Positions 23,700-37,700 of a stretch of 64,000 nt of DNA are shown piece after piece. The stretch spans positions 1-64,000 of the forward strand of contig JAAPAO010000076.1 of assembly GCA_013115145.1 (NCBI GenBank), in the 5' to 3' direction. Position 1 is the stretch's first letter. Each line of letters begins with the position of its first letter. The notes beneath the pieces are model-generated. The model saw only the letters and a program-made list of their open reading frames with translations, was not told the origin of the DNA and made no database searches. This DNA is from Perkinsus chesapeaki ATCC PRA-425. Taxonomy: Eukaryota > Protista > Perkinsozoa. The translations under genes and the position numbers were made by a program.

Positions 23700-26600
23700 A
23701 TCACCCTTCCTCTACACAGTGTCAAGTATAAAGCGTTTTCCGCAATGTGTAGGTGCTAGAGACGATGGACGAGGGAGGCACGAGGGACATGTCAGTGTAA
23801 GCTGCTGTTCCTGCTGCTGCTGGTTGGATGAGCCCATCTGTGCACCGGCCTGCTCGCTAGGTTCAACCAAGGGCCATGGTATATCTTCGGCTTCACGGAA
23901 GACGCTGTTCAAACCGAGCTAGGGAAAGGTAACTCTTCAGGATTCTGACCGATTTGTCGAGTCGACTTGGTTGTCTTCAGTGGTGAAGAAGGACGAGACC
24001 GATGACTTGGTCGATGGCATACTTTACTGCCAGGAAGGCGACAAACCGACTTTGGAAGAGTATCAGCGATATCTGGTCAGGATTCCACTCGGCCTGCAGT
24101 CCATGCTCTCCGGAGCGTGCATCTTTCCACGCTAAATGCGAAGTCCCTTTCTCTGACTTTTCAAGGGATTTCGTAGAGGGTAGAGTTTGCTCTGTCAGGG
24201 AGTCCAGCCCGAACTAGATGACCACTTCATATGGATATCTCACGAGTTCATGAGCGAGCCTTTACCGGCGAACTACTACCAGTAGGCTCGCCGATGGTCT
24301 CCAAGCTTAGCATTCGTAAATAGATACACTAACGCTGGCATGGTGTATTGGGTAGACGCCTCAACTCAGGAGTCTACTTGGAAGCACCCTCACTATGACA
24401 AGTAGGTTAAGGCTTCTTCCGTCGGCTCTTTAGGATCCATGACGACTCGAATTCTCTGCAGTGCGCAGCGTTCCATGCCGATATAGCAGAGAATATCCTT
24501 TTAATACATTTTATGAAGAACTCCGTGTCCCCATTCACCTTGTAATTGACAATCTTATTAAATGCCAGTTCGTCCCAACAAAACGGTTCTATATTTGGTA
24601 CGAAAGTTGCCCAACACCACGACGCACGTTGTGTAACTTGTTTGTATCTGTTCAGGTACAAGAAGATGCTGAGCGTAGCTCGAGAGCAGCGACCGTTACC
24701 GCACTGGAAGACGATAATGAATTTTCAGATCGAGCTCCTATTTTCCGAAGTAGGCGGAATCCTATCTCATTCCTGCAATTTCTGCACTTCAGCTCTTCAA
24801 GATGGACGACCCTAACAAGACGGACTTTGACGTTCCTATCGAGACGGTGAATAACGTGTTCGAGCTAGCTCGAATTTTCAAAGTCAATATTAAGTAAACC
24901 GACACGTTACATAATCTTTGCGGGCTGCTACTACTGTGAAATGTGCATACTTATTGCTCTATCGGTAGCTAAACTATACAACTGTGCACCCCCTACGAAG
25001 GCAATTTCGGTCGATCAATGCATCTCCCACTACTTGCGCGTGCCCTATTGAGCCGCTCGGTGCGGAAGTTGGCGAATATTCCACTGCTGGTTGATGACTG
25101 TTAGGGAAGAGCCTTATCTAACACATGTTTTGAAGCGTGCATTGAGACACTACGCGGGAATAGTCAAGTCCAAGCGTGCAGTGGGAGATGTTGAAGAGTT
25201 CCGAAATCTTATGCAGAGGTATCTTTGGTACGATGTAAAGATGTAAATTATATCATCAGGTATCGAGATATTGTCCAGCAGTTTGAGCGAGCATATGAGC
25301 TGGAAAGTGAGCAAGTGGCCTCGCTTCGGCAATGTGTGGAATGCCCGGAGGACAATAAAGAACCTGCTGTACGTCTCTCTGGGGAATCCTAGAGTCCTTA
25401 TAGTGTATAAGGAGCTCAGGTCCTTTACTGTGACAACTGCGAAGATATGCTTTGCCAGCCATGCTTTGACCGGCTTCATTCCAAAGGACGGCGACAATAT
25501 CATAAACGTCAGGCCTTGGCCACCGTCAGGCCACGAACCTTCTCTTAGGGACTTGGGTCGAGCTCGGCATCTGCGCAGAGTGCGAAACGTCGTTGGCTCA
25601 GCTCCATTGCGTTCAATGCCAAGACGCTCTCTGTTACGCGTGTTTCGAGCAGGTAGGCTCACGGGATACCTCATAACCCCGATTATCATCACTCTTCGGG
25701 ATTCTATAGAACTGATTCGTTCGGTTCTCGATGCTTTGCAGAATTGCGGCCTCTGTCTCAGGTCCACGTTAGAGGCGGCCGGCGAAATCATGTTCCGATA
25801 GGTAACCCACATCTCGGGTCACGATCCATTCTGCGGGTTGCTCCATGACGCGCTGTAAGCACGATTGTCTTTAGTCCTTCGTTCCTTTTCACCAAGCGTT
25901 CACAAAGTTCCGGCCTCTTCAACATTTGCGTTCGGTGCCATTTCGCCCGCTGCTGTCACTATTGGTGCGAACGCGGCCAGCAACCTAGCAATCTCAATGA
26001 GCCCTTGGCTGGTCTTCGAGGACGAGTGTGAGATCAACGTGTAAGCTCATTTGTCCTCAACTCCAAATGTGCCTTTGGAAGATACTATAATCTCCTCACC
26101 GGCGAGTGTCAGCGTGATTTGCCTTTGGCTCCAATAAATACGTCGATCGAATCTGGAATAGGTGGAGGCTTCTCTTACGGTTGGGCCGAGAGCCTCACGT
26201 GCACATGATGAATGTTGTTGCATTCGGTCGCCTTTCTTAAGTGAATTCAATCTCACCACCATTTGAAGCAACAAAGACTTCACAAAAACCTTCCCTGCGA
26301 GTTGTTACCGTATGGCGGTGGATCTTCTTGAATCCGGGCCTCATATCATAGTCACGTCACCCAACGGCCTTAGGCAATCTTTGGAGCAAGCAATGGGGCC
26401 AGCCATGCAGAGCTCGGTATACACACCGTGAAGTTAGTAACTCATGCAAGCTGCTCAGTTGGCGGCCCACAACGCATTTGCAACCTCTCGCTACGTTGAT
26501 CATATGCTTCGAGCAATGACCAGTTTGTTACCAGCTGAGATTGGCGGCCACCGCATCAAGTAGGAATGCGCGGGCACGTCACTTGATGATTCAACCAGAG

Positions 26601-27141
26601 TGTTATTTACCCAGTCTGTGTCCCCCGGCGATGATACAAAAGTGTTCCTAAAGCGCAAATGCAATGGGAACCCTTCTAGAAAAAAATGTTTCTTTGGGAG
26701 CATATAATGTTCTTCTGTGATTTCCTGAACTCAGTTATAACAGTCTGTTATCTCATAGCACACCTGTTCCGCCGAGCTCGGTCCCGGTCGACACTGATGG
26801 CAGCGCGCATGAGTAACTTGCTCGTCCAGCAGAACCACATGGTTGTGGTTCGCCGTAGATACGTCGCCTACAAGCCATCGAGCTCGGTGGACGTGAGCAG
26901 TTTGCCACGCTTGGCCACAAAATTGTCGCCGTATCAAGAACCGATGACACTGAACTGGTCGCCTTATGAAGAGCAACACCCCGACAAGTTACCACATGAC
27001 CGTACTGTCCGCACCACTTATCCCGTCGATCTAGCGACTCTCAGATGCGGATTCATTCGATGCCTACCACTCCCACATAGACTTCGGCAAAGCGAATCGC
27101 ATTCGACGAGAGATTATGCGGCGGCGATATTTTCCGTTTGA
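23700..27141 (+). CDS. WW-domain and multiple B-box zinc-finger protein (multi-exon; ends approximate)
   Basis: WISHEFMSEPLPANYY and VYWVDASTQESTWKHPHY (WW, about 24220-24400). YCDNCEDMLCQPCFDRLHSKGRRQYH and ICAECETSLAQLHCVQCQDALCYACF (B-box-like, about 25420-25650). Confidence 0.7.
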
Positions 27142-27363
27142 TAGAATTCCGAAGGCTGCTCTTGGTTCCTGTGCTGCTGAGATGACGCTACTGTTCCAGC
27201 AGGGATTGGAACGAAATGGCAAGAGAAACAGCTTAGAGAACTTCATGTTTGCTAGCGGGTCTCTGTGAGGCTCTTTGTTGAGTCACTCGTTGCGGATAGC
27301 TTGAAGGGAGAAATCTTAACTTGATGGGCTTCGTTTCCCCGTTCAGAAACATACCGTGTATTT

Positions 27364-30327
27364 ATGTCATCTACGTTAGAAGATGAAGTAGATAAAGTCC
27401 TTGCCGATGCTGCACTTTTTGAAACCCTCACGCACAGTGCATTCGAAAAGTGCACTAAAGCCTTCACTCAAGGAGGTTCGGATGAAGTGGAAACATCCAA
27501 TGCTTATAATAATCGGGTCAATTTCCCTCAAGTAAGGGGAGCCTTGCATCAGACCGCAGTCTACTCCTAGCACTTCACAACGAACTTGAAACCAGCAGGT
27601 ATCCAAGATAATCGAGAACCTGCTTATTGCCTCTGGGGAGAGAGAGGTCCACTTCAATCACGTGTAAGTTTATTTGATAACCGGACCGCAAACAATTGGC
27701 GATGACGATATCTTGTGGAGAGGGATCCCCTCCGAGGACGCAAAGCACGATTTCGACCGCTGTGGTGTCGCGCTAGTGGTGAAGTAGGTCTGGTGTATAA
27801 GGCGCTTCGGAAAAAATAGTATGTCAAATGAACGTGAAAAATAAAAGAATTAATGTAATAGTATTTGTAGTACTCAATCTACTGATGTAGATGAGTAGAG
27901 CTACTTGTCAATCAGCACTTGACGACTGAGGCTACTTGGGGAACTTCACCAGGCACGATATCTGGCGGCGCTACTGCGACCCTGTGACCAGCGATATGGA
28001 CGAGCAGCGCTTCTCGACATTCGCGAGCAAAATGCTGAGCGCACTCCAAGCCAAAGCGAGACGTGCGAAAGTACGATCTCGAGAGAGCTGTGAACGTCGA
28101 ATCGTCAAAATGTCCGACTTATAACCCGTATGGTTCTGATGTCTGAATAGACCGTGCTTTTCCGATTAGAAGAAGAAGTCCCGTCGATGCGCATTTCAGT
28201 TCCCTCTCAAACGTGACACAGATGAGAAGACCGAATGCATCTCGGGGACGGCTTCTACTACATCAGTAGAAGTACAAGGGGTTCTGCCGAGCCCCCGGCT
28301 CAATCCGTCAACACTGGAGTGAGTCCGGCCACCGGTGTAGTTGACACATTGAGGGTGGCACTGATCTCAGGCCTCATGTGATCTTCCCGCAATTCCAGCA
28401 TGACAAGCTCGCGGAATACTTTACACAGAACTTTGATGCACGATGGCCGTCTACACCAGAGCTGGCCGATTTTGCGGAACCCCTTCCACTGGCTACCTTT
28501 CATGACAGTCTTGACTCGGCGCTCGCTGGAGCCTATAGTCTCGCACGTCATATCGAATCTAATAAAAGGTCGCTCACCATACAAGATATCCCCGGCCTCA
28601 CGAATTCATCCGATGGGCGGAGCGAAACAGACCCAACGAAGTTGGAGTTGATATCCGACGATGTATCCCTTGCCCTGCCGTGTGCCTATTCCGGTCCATC
28701 GGTTGCCAACGCGCTTGCAATCGTCAAGACACTGCCCGATTTCCCTCGATTTCTTTTCCCGCCTGAAGGTTGGGATTCTAACCTGCGGCGACTGGGCATA
28801 CATGTTATCCATCTCGCTGGGAAATACGCGGTGTTACCAGGGATAAGCATGCCTCTTGTGGCTGAAGCCACACACCGTACGCCCTCTGGTGCGGGTTTTT
28901 ACCTCTGGACGGTCCTATGCGAACAGGCTCTATTGGCCCTGGTAGGGGAAGACCAACTCCGCCGAAGTTTAACGGAAGATGTCTTGCGAGATATTTCAGA
29001 TGTCTATTGGGTTGACAGAGTCAAACTTAATACCGAACTCTGGCGCGATTCGGTGAGAGAACATCTAACCTTGGGAGACTCAAAGATGTTCGCGTGGCCA
29101 GCCTCATCGGCAAAACCGCCCACAGCCGATAATTCTGATGGAGACCGGCTGACTGTGGTATCCGGCATCGATGGGGAGAAAGTGACGGTCACTTGCTCGA
29201 TTAGAGGCGAGGACTGTGAAGATATCGACCTGGATTCCTTCTGTAACAGTTTCGATTCGATAACCACAGTTTTCACGATACCACCGCGGGCTCGCCGCTG
29301 GACATTTCGAGGCCAATTTACGTGTGATACAACCGGAGGGACTCCCATACCGATACGTCAACCGGTACCAGGTAGCACTAACAGAGAGTTTACAGTGTCA
29401 TCGGACCAAACGGCAGGCACGCCTGAGTCATGGGGAAGGAATCCAATGTTCCTCGTTGAGATGCCGTCGGGTCCTAGCGACTCCATGGACATAATGGTGA
29501 TGTTTTCACAGCACCCTCGAAAAGCAGGCGAACTTGAGGAGGTCAGTGAAGACGGAGATGCGGGGCACTGGGGCCGAATTCTAGGGCTGTCAAGACGTAC
29601 TGTAGTTCGTAACGCTAGACATTAGACACACACATACGTCCAGCGAAAGATGTGAGCTCAGGGCTTGAAGCAAAGCTACTTCTCTGCAGTTGAAGCACAT
29701 TGACCTCGTGACGCGCTTGGTATGTTGATGCGTATTACGAACGCCACATTAAAAATTGCGAAACAGGCTATCCTCGAAATAGCGGGGGGCATCATCGGAT
29801 ATTGTGAGTGCATCTACGGCTGCATGGAAAAGCATCATAGACTGGACTAGGGCGGATGATGATGCTTTTAAAATTCTAATACTCGGTTGCACTCACGTTT
29901 TCAAGTATCGGTGAGTACTAATTTGTCAATCTCTTTGCCATACAGTCTGATGCTCAGTTGTTCGTCTGCCTGATGGAGCTCGACTATGGAGACCAACATC
30001 TGGATAAGTTTGAGAGGAGTAGAATATATCGAAAAGGAGGAGTGTCGCTTATCAGAAGGAATCGTCATGTGACATTCCACGCCGTTGGCGTGCCCTGCCC
30101 TGGATACTACGCAGTGGTAAGGGATAGGCCCATATACGGGAATAACGGCTGCACTAGGGCTCTAGGTCACACATGACGTAGAATTATATAGCTGTTGCAA
30201 TCCTGAATCCTGAATCCTTGTAATCCATGTATAGAAACTCTATGGCTCAAGCTTTTTGAGACAACAATAAGTTGATCCAGATCCAGCAAACTTCATCTTT
30301 GATATTCATATGAAGCTATCCTCTTGA
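27364..30327 (+). CDS. Calpain-like protein (degenerate CysPc region plus domain III)
   Basis: Large exon 28378-29625 with FLFPPEG..GIHVIHL..LWTVLCEQALLAL (CysPc-like) and SWGRNPMFLVEM..IMVMFSQHPRK (domain III-like). Later exons GYYAVV and PANFIFDI. No catalytic QGxxGDCW motif seen. Confidence 0.55.
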
Positions 30328-30830
30328 TTTCTTACCGCAATACATTATATCTTTCCTCAGGCACGAGGACCATATAGTACTTATTCTGTTAAATTCCCCA
30401 CTTGCTCAGCAGGATCGTTCGGTTTATGTGGACCCAGATTGGTTTAGGCACCGTCAACCTGGTCTACTAGCGCACGTCTCGTGTATGATATAACTATCAT
30501 TTGCTGCCCTGAAGATGAATCTGCATGCAACACAGCCAATGCTAAGCCATTGTGTAATTTTGTCACTACCGACATGTGCTAGAAGTACTCCAAACGAAGC
30601 TGAGTATTGAGTTTGTTGTAAAACTGGCCCTACGGCCGATAGCGCCGCCCATAACAACCGCGTCCCAGTTTTTTGTGCCAATATTCGACGAGAGCGTCTC
30701 GCATCGCCGTCAAAGCCGAGATAAGAGAAAAAGTACCACCAACTCATTTTACACAATACTTTCTCCAGAATCGAGTACGGGGTCGATCACTGACCTCCCG
30801 TGCGCATGCAATACGGGCGCCTCCAACTTT

Positions 30831-31153
30831 TACAGGGTGTTCCAATTTGTTATGCAAATCAGTAAAACAGCAGTTTCACCGCGAATACTCAGTGTTTCGG
30901 TTTGAAACTTTCGCAGATCATATATTAACAATATTATGACAGCATATAATGAAATCACGAAATCGATCGACCGTTTCACATGAAATGAGGCGAGCGAAAT
31001 TTTTTTGGCCCAGCGCGCCGTTCCAATTCGTTATGCAATACAGTTGTAATCGTGTTAACATGACCCGTGGAACCTTCCTCACCGAATCGGAACGATCAAC
31101 AATCATCAAGTGTCTAGCCAGCGGTGAAACAGCGCTGCAAGTCTCGAAATTGT
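30831..31153 (+). mobile_element. Tc1/mariner (Tc3-like) transposon 5' remnant
   Basis: TA followed by CAGGGTGTTCCAATTTGTTATGCA (mariner-type terminal repeat). Internal direct repeat TTCCAATTCGTTATGCA at 31021-31037. ORF from 31060 MTRGTFLTESERSTIIKCLASGETALQVSKL resembles the Tc3 transposase N-terminal HTH. Truncated; no right TIR seen. Confidence 0.7.
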
Positions 31154-31192
31154 CGCCTGTAAATACGGGGAATTGTCCCGTATTTACAGGCG
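31154..31192. repeat. Perfect 16-bp inverted repeat with 7-nt spacer
   Basis: CGCCTGTAAATACGGG-gaattgt-CCCGTATTTACAGGCG. Confidence 0.95.
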
Positions 31193-31825
31193 TATTTTCT
31201 TGCCAAGGGAGAACCGATTTCGGAGAATCTTCAGCATCCATCACCAATACTATAGATAATAGGTATGGCCACAACCAACAGATAGTAAAAGTGACCACTC
31301 CAAACCGATCCTGGGTCTGAGGCTTATTAAGGGCGCAGAAAACCCTAACGTATGCGTGCAGGATGTCCCGTAAATGCCACATAAACCACCATGTGTAAGC
31401 CCTGGTGGCTGATCGTAGTTCCAAGGGGGTGGCTAGGAAAGATAGTCCCCCCGAAACCGATCACCATGCGCCGAGTGGTATTCAGTGGTATTGTATTACA
31501 ATGTATCACAGTCCTCAAAGTCGTAGCGGCCACGAATCATTGAACGCCTTCATGGTGGCGCATGTTCGACACGTCGCCGCGCCACAAAAGCGCTAACCGT
31601 AGACAGCCTCCCAAATTGATAACAGTATCACGCTCTTATGCACTATGCCACACACTATAGGATAGTTATACTCTGAACTTTGAGATGGGGCCTTGAGTCC
31701 TTCAAAGAAGGCAGTGATGGACGCATGCGCTTCATGAAAAAGGTCTTTGTTACTCGATAATTTCCGTCTCATTCTTCACCGTCTTTGCTTTGTGACAGCT
31801 TATTCGATATTGATCTTCGAATTCT

Positions 31826-34345
31826 ATGATACCCAGCCGTGTCATCGTGCTGATACTAGGAAAAGATTTGTTAGCAGGTGACCTTAAAAGTGGCCGATGC
31901 ACTAATTACATCACTTTCCAAACCAAGGGAATGTCTAACGCAGATTCGACGAACGATAGGCTAGGTGGAGTCCTTTGTAAAGCCTCACGCGGCGAGCAGG
32001 CATTTGGTTACTCCGTCCTTTCGCCTACTAATAAGTAATATCATAGTCGAAAATTCAGTATTTCATACTGTCGCCTCTCCGTCGTGCAGGTACTTTCATG
32101 CCACTATAAATGCTGATCAGCCCTCGCGAAGAACTCCAACATTCATGTACCTTCCTGGAGGGCCTGGCGTTAGTGCTCTTGCCGCAACCCTAACACTGAA
32201 TGGCCCTTGTATTGTGAAGGATGACGACGTCACTCTTTCACCTAACGCGTATGGGACGAGAATAGGGCAAATATGATTTGAGTGTTATCAGGTACTCTTG
32301 GACTTCTACCGCCAACGGTATTTACATCGATGCACCGGGAAAGACGGGATTCAGTATCGGGCCAACAGAAACCACTATGGCCCAATACGTCGATAACTTG
32401 TATCATTCATTACTCACTTTGAGGGGGCCCTAGTAATTGAATCTCATACCCTCAGGTATGCCACCCTACTCAACATAATGAAGGCTAAGCCGCAGCTCAA
32501 AGATAATCTATATTTGGTCGGCGCATCCTTCGATGGTAAGAGCCGCAACCCTCAATGACACACGATGCGCCTCTCGCCCGTGAACACATATATTGATCTC
32601 AGCACCTGAATCGTTGTAGGTTCGACTGCGACTTTGCTTGCTAAGAAGATTATGTCTCTTAAGGCCCAGTCTGGTATTAATCTGAGCTCACTACTGATAA
32701 TTGACGGATCTATGGGGCTTGTGGATATGCAACTAAGATGTATTTCTTGGCATTCCAAACCTCTGTCTTCCTCAGGTATAGAGGTGCCGTTGAGATGGCA
32801 AGAGCCCGGAAGCTTCTTCCGGGTAAAGCGTAAGTAGATTGGATGTGTTATAGGCACGGTTTATTTAATAGATTTTGTTACACGCTTTTGGAGGAAAATC
32901 ATATAGTGTTTAATTCAGAATTGCCAAAATGGTCACCGATGGCTATACGTGCGTTGAAAAGGTTAAAGCTTGTCAGCCTGCATCTCTCGCGCGGCAGCCT
33001 GATCCACGTAAGTCAGATTGGGCGCATCTTCGATGGCGCGTTAACCTTGTGCTTTCAGGGGCTTGTCAAGATGCAACGACTTTCTGTGCCGATGCGATCT
33101 TGAACCCACTGAAAGCCGCTCGAATCAGCCTGTGAGCTCTGACTGTCAGCCAGTGACTGACTTTATTCTCGTGCCCGTATGATAACTAAGACATATATTG
33201 ACGTTAATTGACTAGAAAACCAACGAACTGATGTTGCTCACTTCGAGATCAGTCGATCCGAGCAGGTTTGGTCGCCAATGTCAGATACGATGTACGTACG
33301 AACCCGGGATATGAGTGGAAGAACTATAAACTGTTAACTGGCATAGTAAAACCTCAATAATCGTCCCATGGAAGAGACTATTAACCTTTCTAGGCAGAGG
33401 TGTTTATGAACGAGAGAGACGTTCAAGCTGCAATGGGTGTACATAAGCAGTGGTTCAACACTGATAGTCAAGTAAGTAGCTGGGAGTCAGCCCGAAGGTG
33501 TGTGACATAATCGAACATGGAACCGCAAAGCCTAATGGCCTGTGCATGATTAGGTATATAAAGACCTCGATAAGTATGTTGCTTTCGATACGACTAATGT
33601 TGTGTCGGAGCTTCTGGACAACGGCTTTCAAGTAGCAGCGGACTCTCTCATTTTACTATGAGAACTATGTCTTAGTATACGTCATCAGGTTATAGTCTTC
33701 AATGGAGGCCAAGACTTCATATGTAATTCTCGTGGCGCTTTGTATAGGATGACCAACCTTAAGGGAAGAGTTGATTACGGCAAAGCATTAGCTAAGGCAC
33801 CGGCAAAAACACTAAAAGTACCACTAGTGCGTGTGGAGCTGTTGTAATTTAGTTCTTCATCAGTTTAAGAGAGGAGCTCCGCTAGGGACAATAAAGCAGG
33901 CATATTTCCCGACACGCGGATCGTTGGCCTTTATTGAGGTGCCTCCGGGATCGGACTTGCCGAAGTGACTTGGCCAGAACTTCTGATCAAATGGCCCATG
34001 TTCGGGTGCTCAACAGTAGTGGGCGTTGGGACATGCTAGTCAGGAGCAGAAGCACTCATGCGATGGTGCTCCGTTCCTTCCCAGAACCAACGCCCACTAG
34101 TCTGTGGCGAGCGATGGCTAGCCATGGCGCTTTAACTAGCTCACGCGAGCCAAATCACTTCGTAAATCCAATCAGGACTCAGGAGTGCATTATATTATGG
34201 AACCTAGCACGTTGCCTAGCCATCTTTATCGGCATGTTGGCGTTCTTTCCGCGGGCTCATGCCTTAGGTCACAAACGGAAGCCATACCCCAATGCTAAAC
34301 AGACCACTTGAAATGCTTGAGGCGATCCAGAAGTTTATTCAGTAA
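31826..34345 (+). CDS. Serine carboxypeptidase (peptidase S10), multi-exon
   Basis: YLPGGPGVSALAATLTLNGPC, SWTSTANGIYIDAPGKTGFS, LVGASFDG (catalytic Ser), VFNGGQDFICN (Asp), VTNGSHTPMLNRPLEMLEAIQKFIQ* (His). Confidence 0.85.
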
Positions 34346-34723
34346 GTTACACTCATTGTATTTGTCAGCGGCAATTGGCCGAACTAAACCCTCTTGTTGA
34401 CATTCGGTAATCCGAGTTTTCAATCTCGTTTACCAACTTCCACTTGTGTTGAGTAACGCGAATCTCTCAAGGGCAAATCGATGAGTAGACCGAAGCCCCT
34501 AGCTCTGACATAAGTAGTGACTAGTAATGCAAGTAAGGACATGACTAGTAAGAAATATCTCAACTTTGGGTGGTTTGACATGACCTTCCTACAGTAGAGA
34601 GGCATGGCAAGTTGTCAATGACAACAGTAGTTACATGCTAAGAATGTTGGTTCGTTGATCACGAGAATAACTCAAGGATACGTATGGATAGAAGAGCTCT
34701 CATAGACATGTGTTCATAGTCTC

Positions 34724-37700
34724 TTATAGCCTTAGTAAACTGCGAGCTTTATCTAAGACATCTTTTCGAATCTTCGGGTAGTTCTCGTCCAAAGTTAAGA
34801 CCTATGGAGACTCAGTGAACGACATGGGAACAGCTCGTACCTTATGGCAAATGCGGATTGCATCGACGTAGCGTTTCGCCTTGAGGAAATTGAAAGCCAG
34901 CCGATACCCAACCGCCGCGCGTCGTTCACAGAAGATTTCCCATGCTTTTTGATAGTGCCTAATGTGACATGTGACCAAGCCTATGGGAAGCTTCACATGG
35001 CTGCATCTTGATATGCTTGCTCTTTTTCATAAATTAGACCTAAAAGCTCCCATGCTCTCCCGCACGATTGGTTCTGATCCTTTGCTTGTAGGCACAGCTT
35101 GGTGGCCAAATCGTACCTAACCATAGTTCACATTAACCGAGAGTGCTAACCCATGCCGGGATGGTGACACGAATGCTAGGGCTTTGTAAGGATTTCAAGC
35201 CCTACTTCCCGCTCGACACGTAGATGTCTGCCAACAATAACCATGCTCTCTCGAAGTCATCTGCGAATTCCGGGTTATACCTGAAACCGATACTGGTGAG
35301 CGAGAGGAACAAAAGTATTTTTTCTCACGAGTTGGCAGCGAATTCACAAATGCGTTTGAGTTGATTGCGTGCTTTGGAGGTTTGCTTAGATAAAACCAGG
35401 CCTTGTGATACCGCCAGGAGTGCTGGTACATAGGTGCGGGTCTCGTTGAACCTTAAAAAGAGTGTGTGACAGATTCGGCGCTTAAAGGTCCTCACAAATT
35501 CATCAAATCGTTCATAGCGGCATCGACTGCCGGTTTACTCCGTGTTAGAAGCTCCGCTTGACTTCTCAATACTCGAAGTTTTGGAGTCCATCCATGCCGC
35601 TCTTGTTCAGCAAGCTCATAACAAAGGTTCCTAGCTTCTGCGATGTGACCTGGTGGTGTGATGCTGGTAGGATTTAGTCCCTGTACGGAAGATGCGGAAA
35701 CTTTTATCGCGCTGGTTACCTCAAGGCTGCATCCATCACTAACGTCAGGAAATAGATATATTTCAATCATTTGTAAGGTGGCATCATAACGATAATCAGC
35801 ATCACTTCGGGCTGCGCTGAACTCCACGATGGCCTCCTGCGATGTAACACTCGTGGGTGCAAAGATGCGAGTATGCCACAACAGAGTTCCCCCCATGAGC
35901 CTTACTAAGTGCCTACCTCAGGTTGATTGAGCCAACGGTAGTGTAGCCCTCGACAGTATCTGGAAAGTGAACGACCAAAAGACAGTACGAAACAACGTGG
36001 CGATTACCAAGACACTGAGGGAGCACCAAGAAGAAGACCTACCTGAGTCCGGACGGAGCATACTTCCCTTCCGATAGGGATCCCCCAACCTTCTCGAGAT
36101 ATTTGTCACCGAGCTTCGCTAATCTGGATGAGTATGCGGTGACAGCGGACCATCAGGATCACATACCTTCCTGTCTTCCTTAGAAGCGTCAGTAACTGGC
36201 CCAAAGCATGAAAATTGGAAGAATCTTTCTCGATCAATTCTTTATAGTGCGCAATAACATCCTTGAACCTATTTTGGCTAGATAACAAATAACCACCCCT
36301 CCATAATATACCCATCAGATGATTCACCGGAGATGTTGCCCTGTATGAAGCGGTTATCAGATGCACCTGCCGCAGCCCTTTGGGACTTCGATGCCATCAC
36401 AGATGCTAGCAGCATATCTGACCTCAAAGTGACCGCCTAAGGTCCTGGCGAATACCACTTACCAGCATCTTCGTGTTCCTTATTAATCCTTAATAATGAT
36501 CTGAGGTTCTTCTCTGATGTTTCGATATCCCCGCGGGTTAGATGCAAGCGCGCGAGAGCCATGAGTGCATCTTCTGTTGTAGAAGGGATCAGATTGATAT
36601 CTAGATTACCCACAGTTTACCATGGTCAGCATCGAACTCCAATGCAGCTGTATATTGCCCAATCGCTGCATCGTAATTATGTTCCCGTTTTCCGAGATAC
36701 TCGCCTGAGCGGCTTATGTATGCATGAAAGTTGAAGCACCGTACCAAGCTGGTAATGTACATCTGCCGTAAGATGTCTTAAGCCACTTAATGATGCATCT
36801 TCCTCATCTTTGGCGATCTTATTATCATGAGCAAAACCAAGCAAGGAGAGGCCTTTCAATGCAGTCTCCCTAGCTTCTTGTAACGCATTGAGTGACCTAG
36901 GGAGAACACTCTCCTGGAAAACCAACGTCAAATAAGTTCTCCCCGATGATACTCGCTTTCACACTTCCACAAGGTTCAAAAACGTTGTGCAGTTCGGAAA
37001 TTATTGCGCGCCAACAACTGGTGACTCACGAGTGGTGAGCACAGTCAATTCGTGCACTCATTCTGCAACGTTCTGTAGCTCAGATAGTGACGTCCAAGCA
37101 ACGCACACGACTCAGACTCATTCCTTACTCAGGTATCTTCTGCTGCGTCATAGACTCCCTTCCTAGGTGCTAAAAATGCCAAATGCGAAGTTGTACCCCA
37201 TGCAAAATCTACCGTGGCGTCATGGCTTTCTTGATGGGCTCTTGAGAGAAGCAGATAGCTCTTTATTCTGAATAGGAAACCCGAGTCACCTTAAAAGATC
37301 TAAGCGGTGTCAGTATTGTTAATTTCTCTACCATTAATAGGAGCCTGGTATGCAATAATATGTACGTGGTGTACACTAGAAAACTAATATCATTAGTTTG
37401 GTACGTGCTACTTGTACTTGATACATGATTATTAATTATTAGTGAGCTCTTATCATCAAGATTAGTCATTAAAAGTGCTATGTATGATTTACAGCTTATT
37501 TGCCCTTAGGGCATAGACTGACAACACTGGGAACACAGGGACTACGGATTCTACCGGGGGGGAGCAGCCCATGAAACTAGCCAACGGGCTCACCTTTCGG
37601 CAACCTGATCTGGCACACCTGCATCATGTGGATTGGCCGTATTCTTGTTAATCTCTTGAATGCAATCGTTGTAGCGTCGGAGGTCAAGATAGAGACTGGC

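Noticed and set aside
30242-30251. TGGCTCAAG, matching the SL 3' end
   Set aside because: Only 9 nt; about 0.5 chance hits are expected in both strands of 64 kb.
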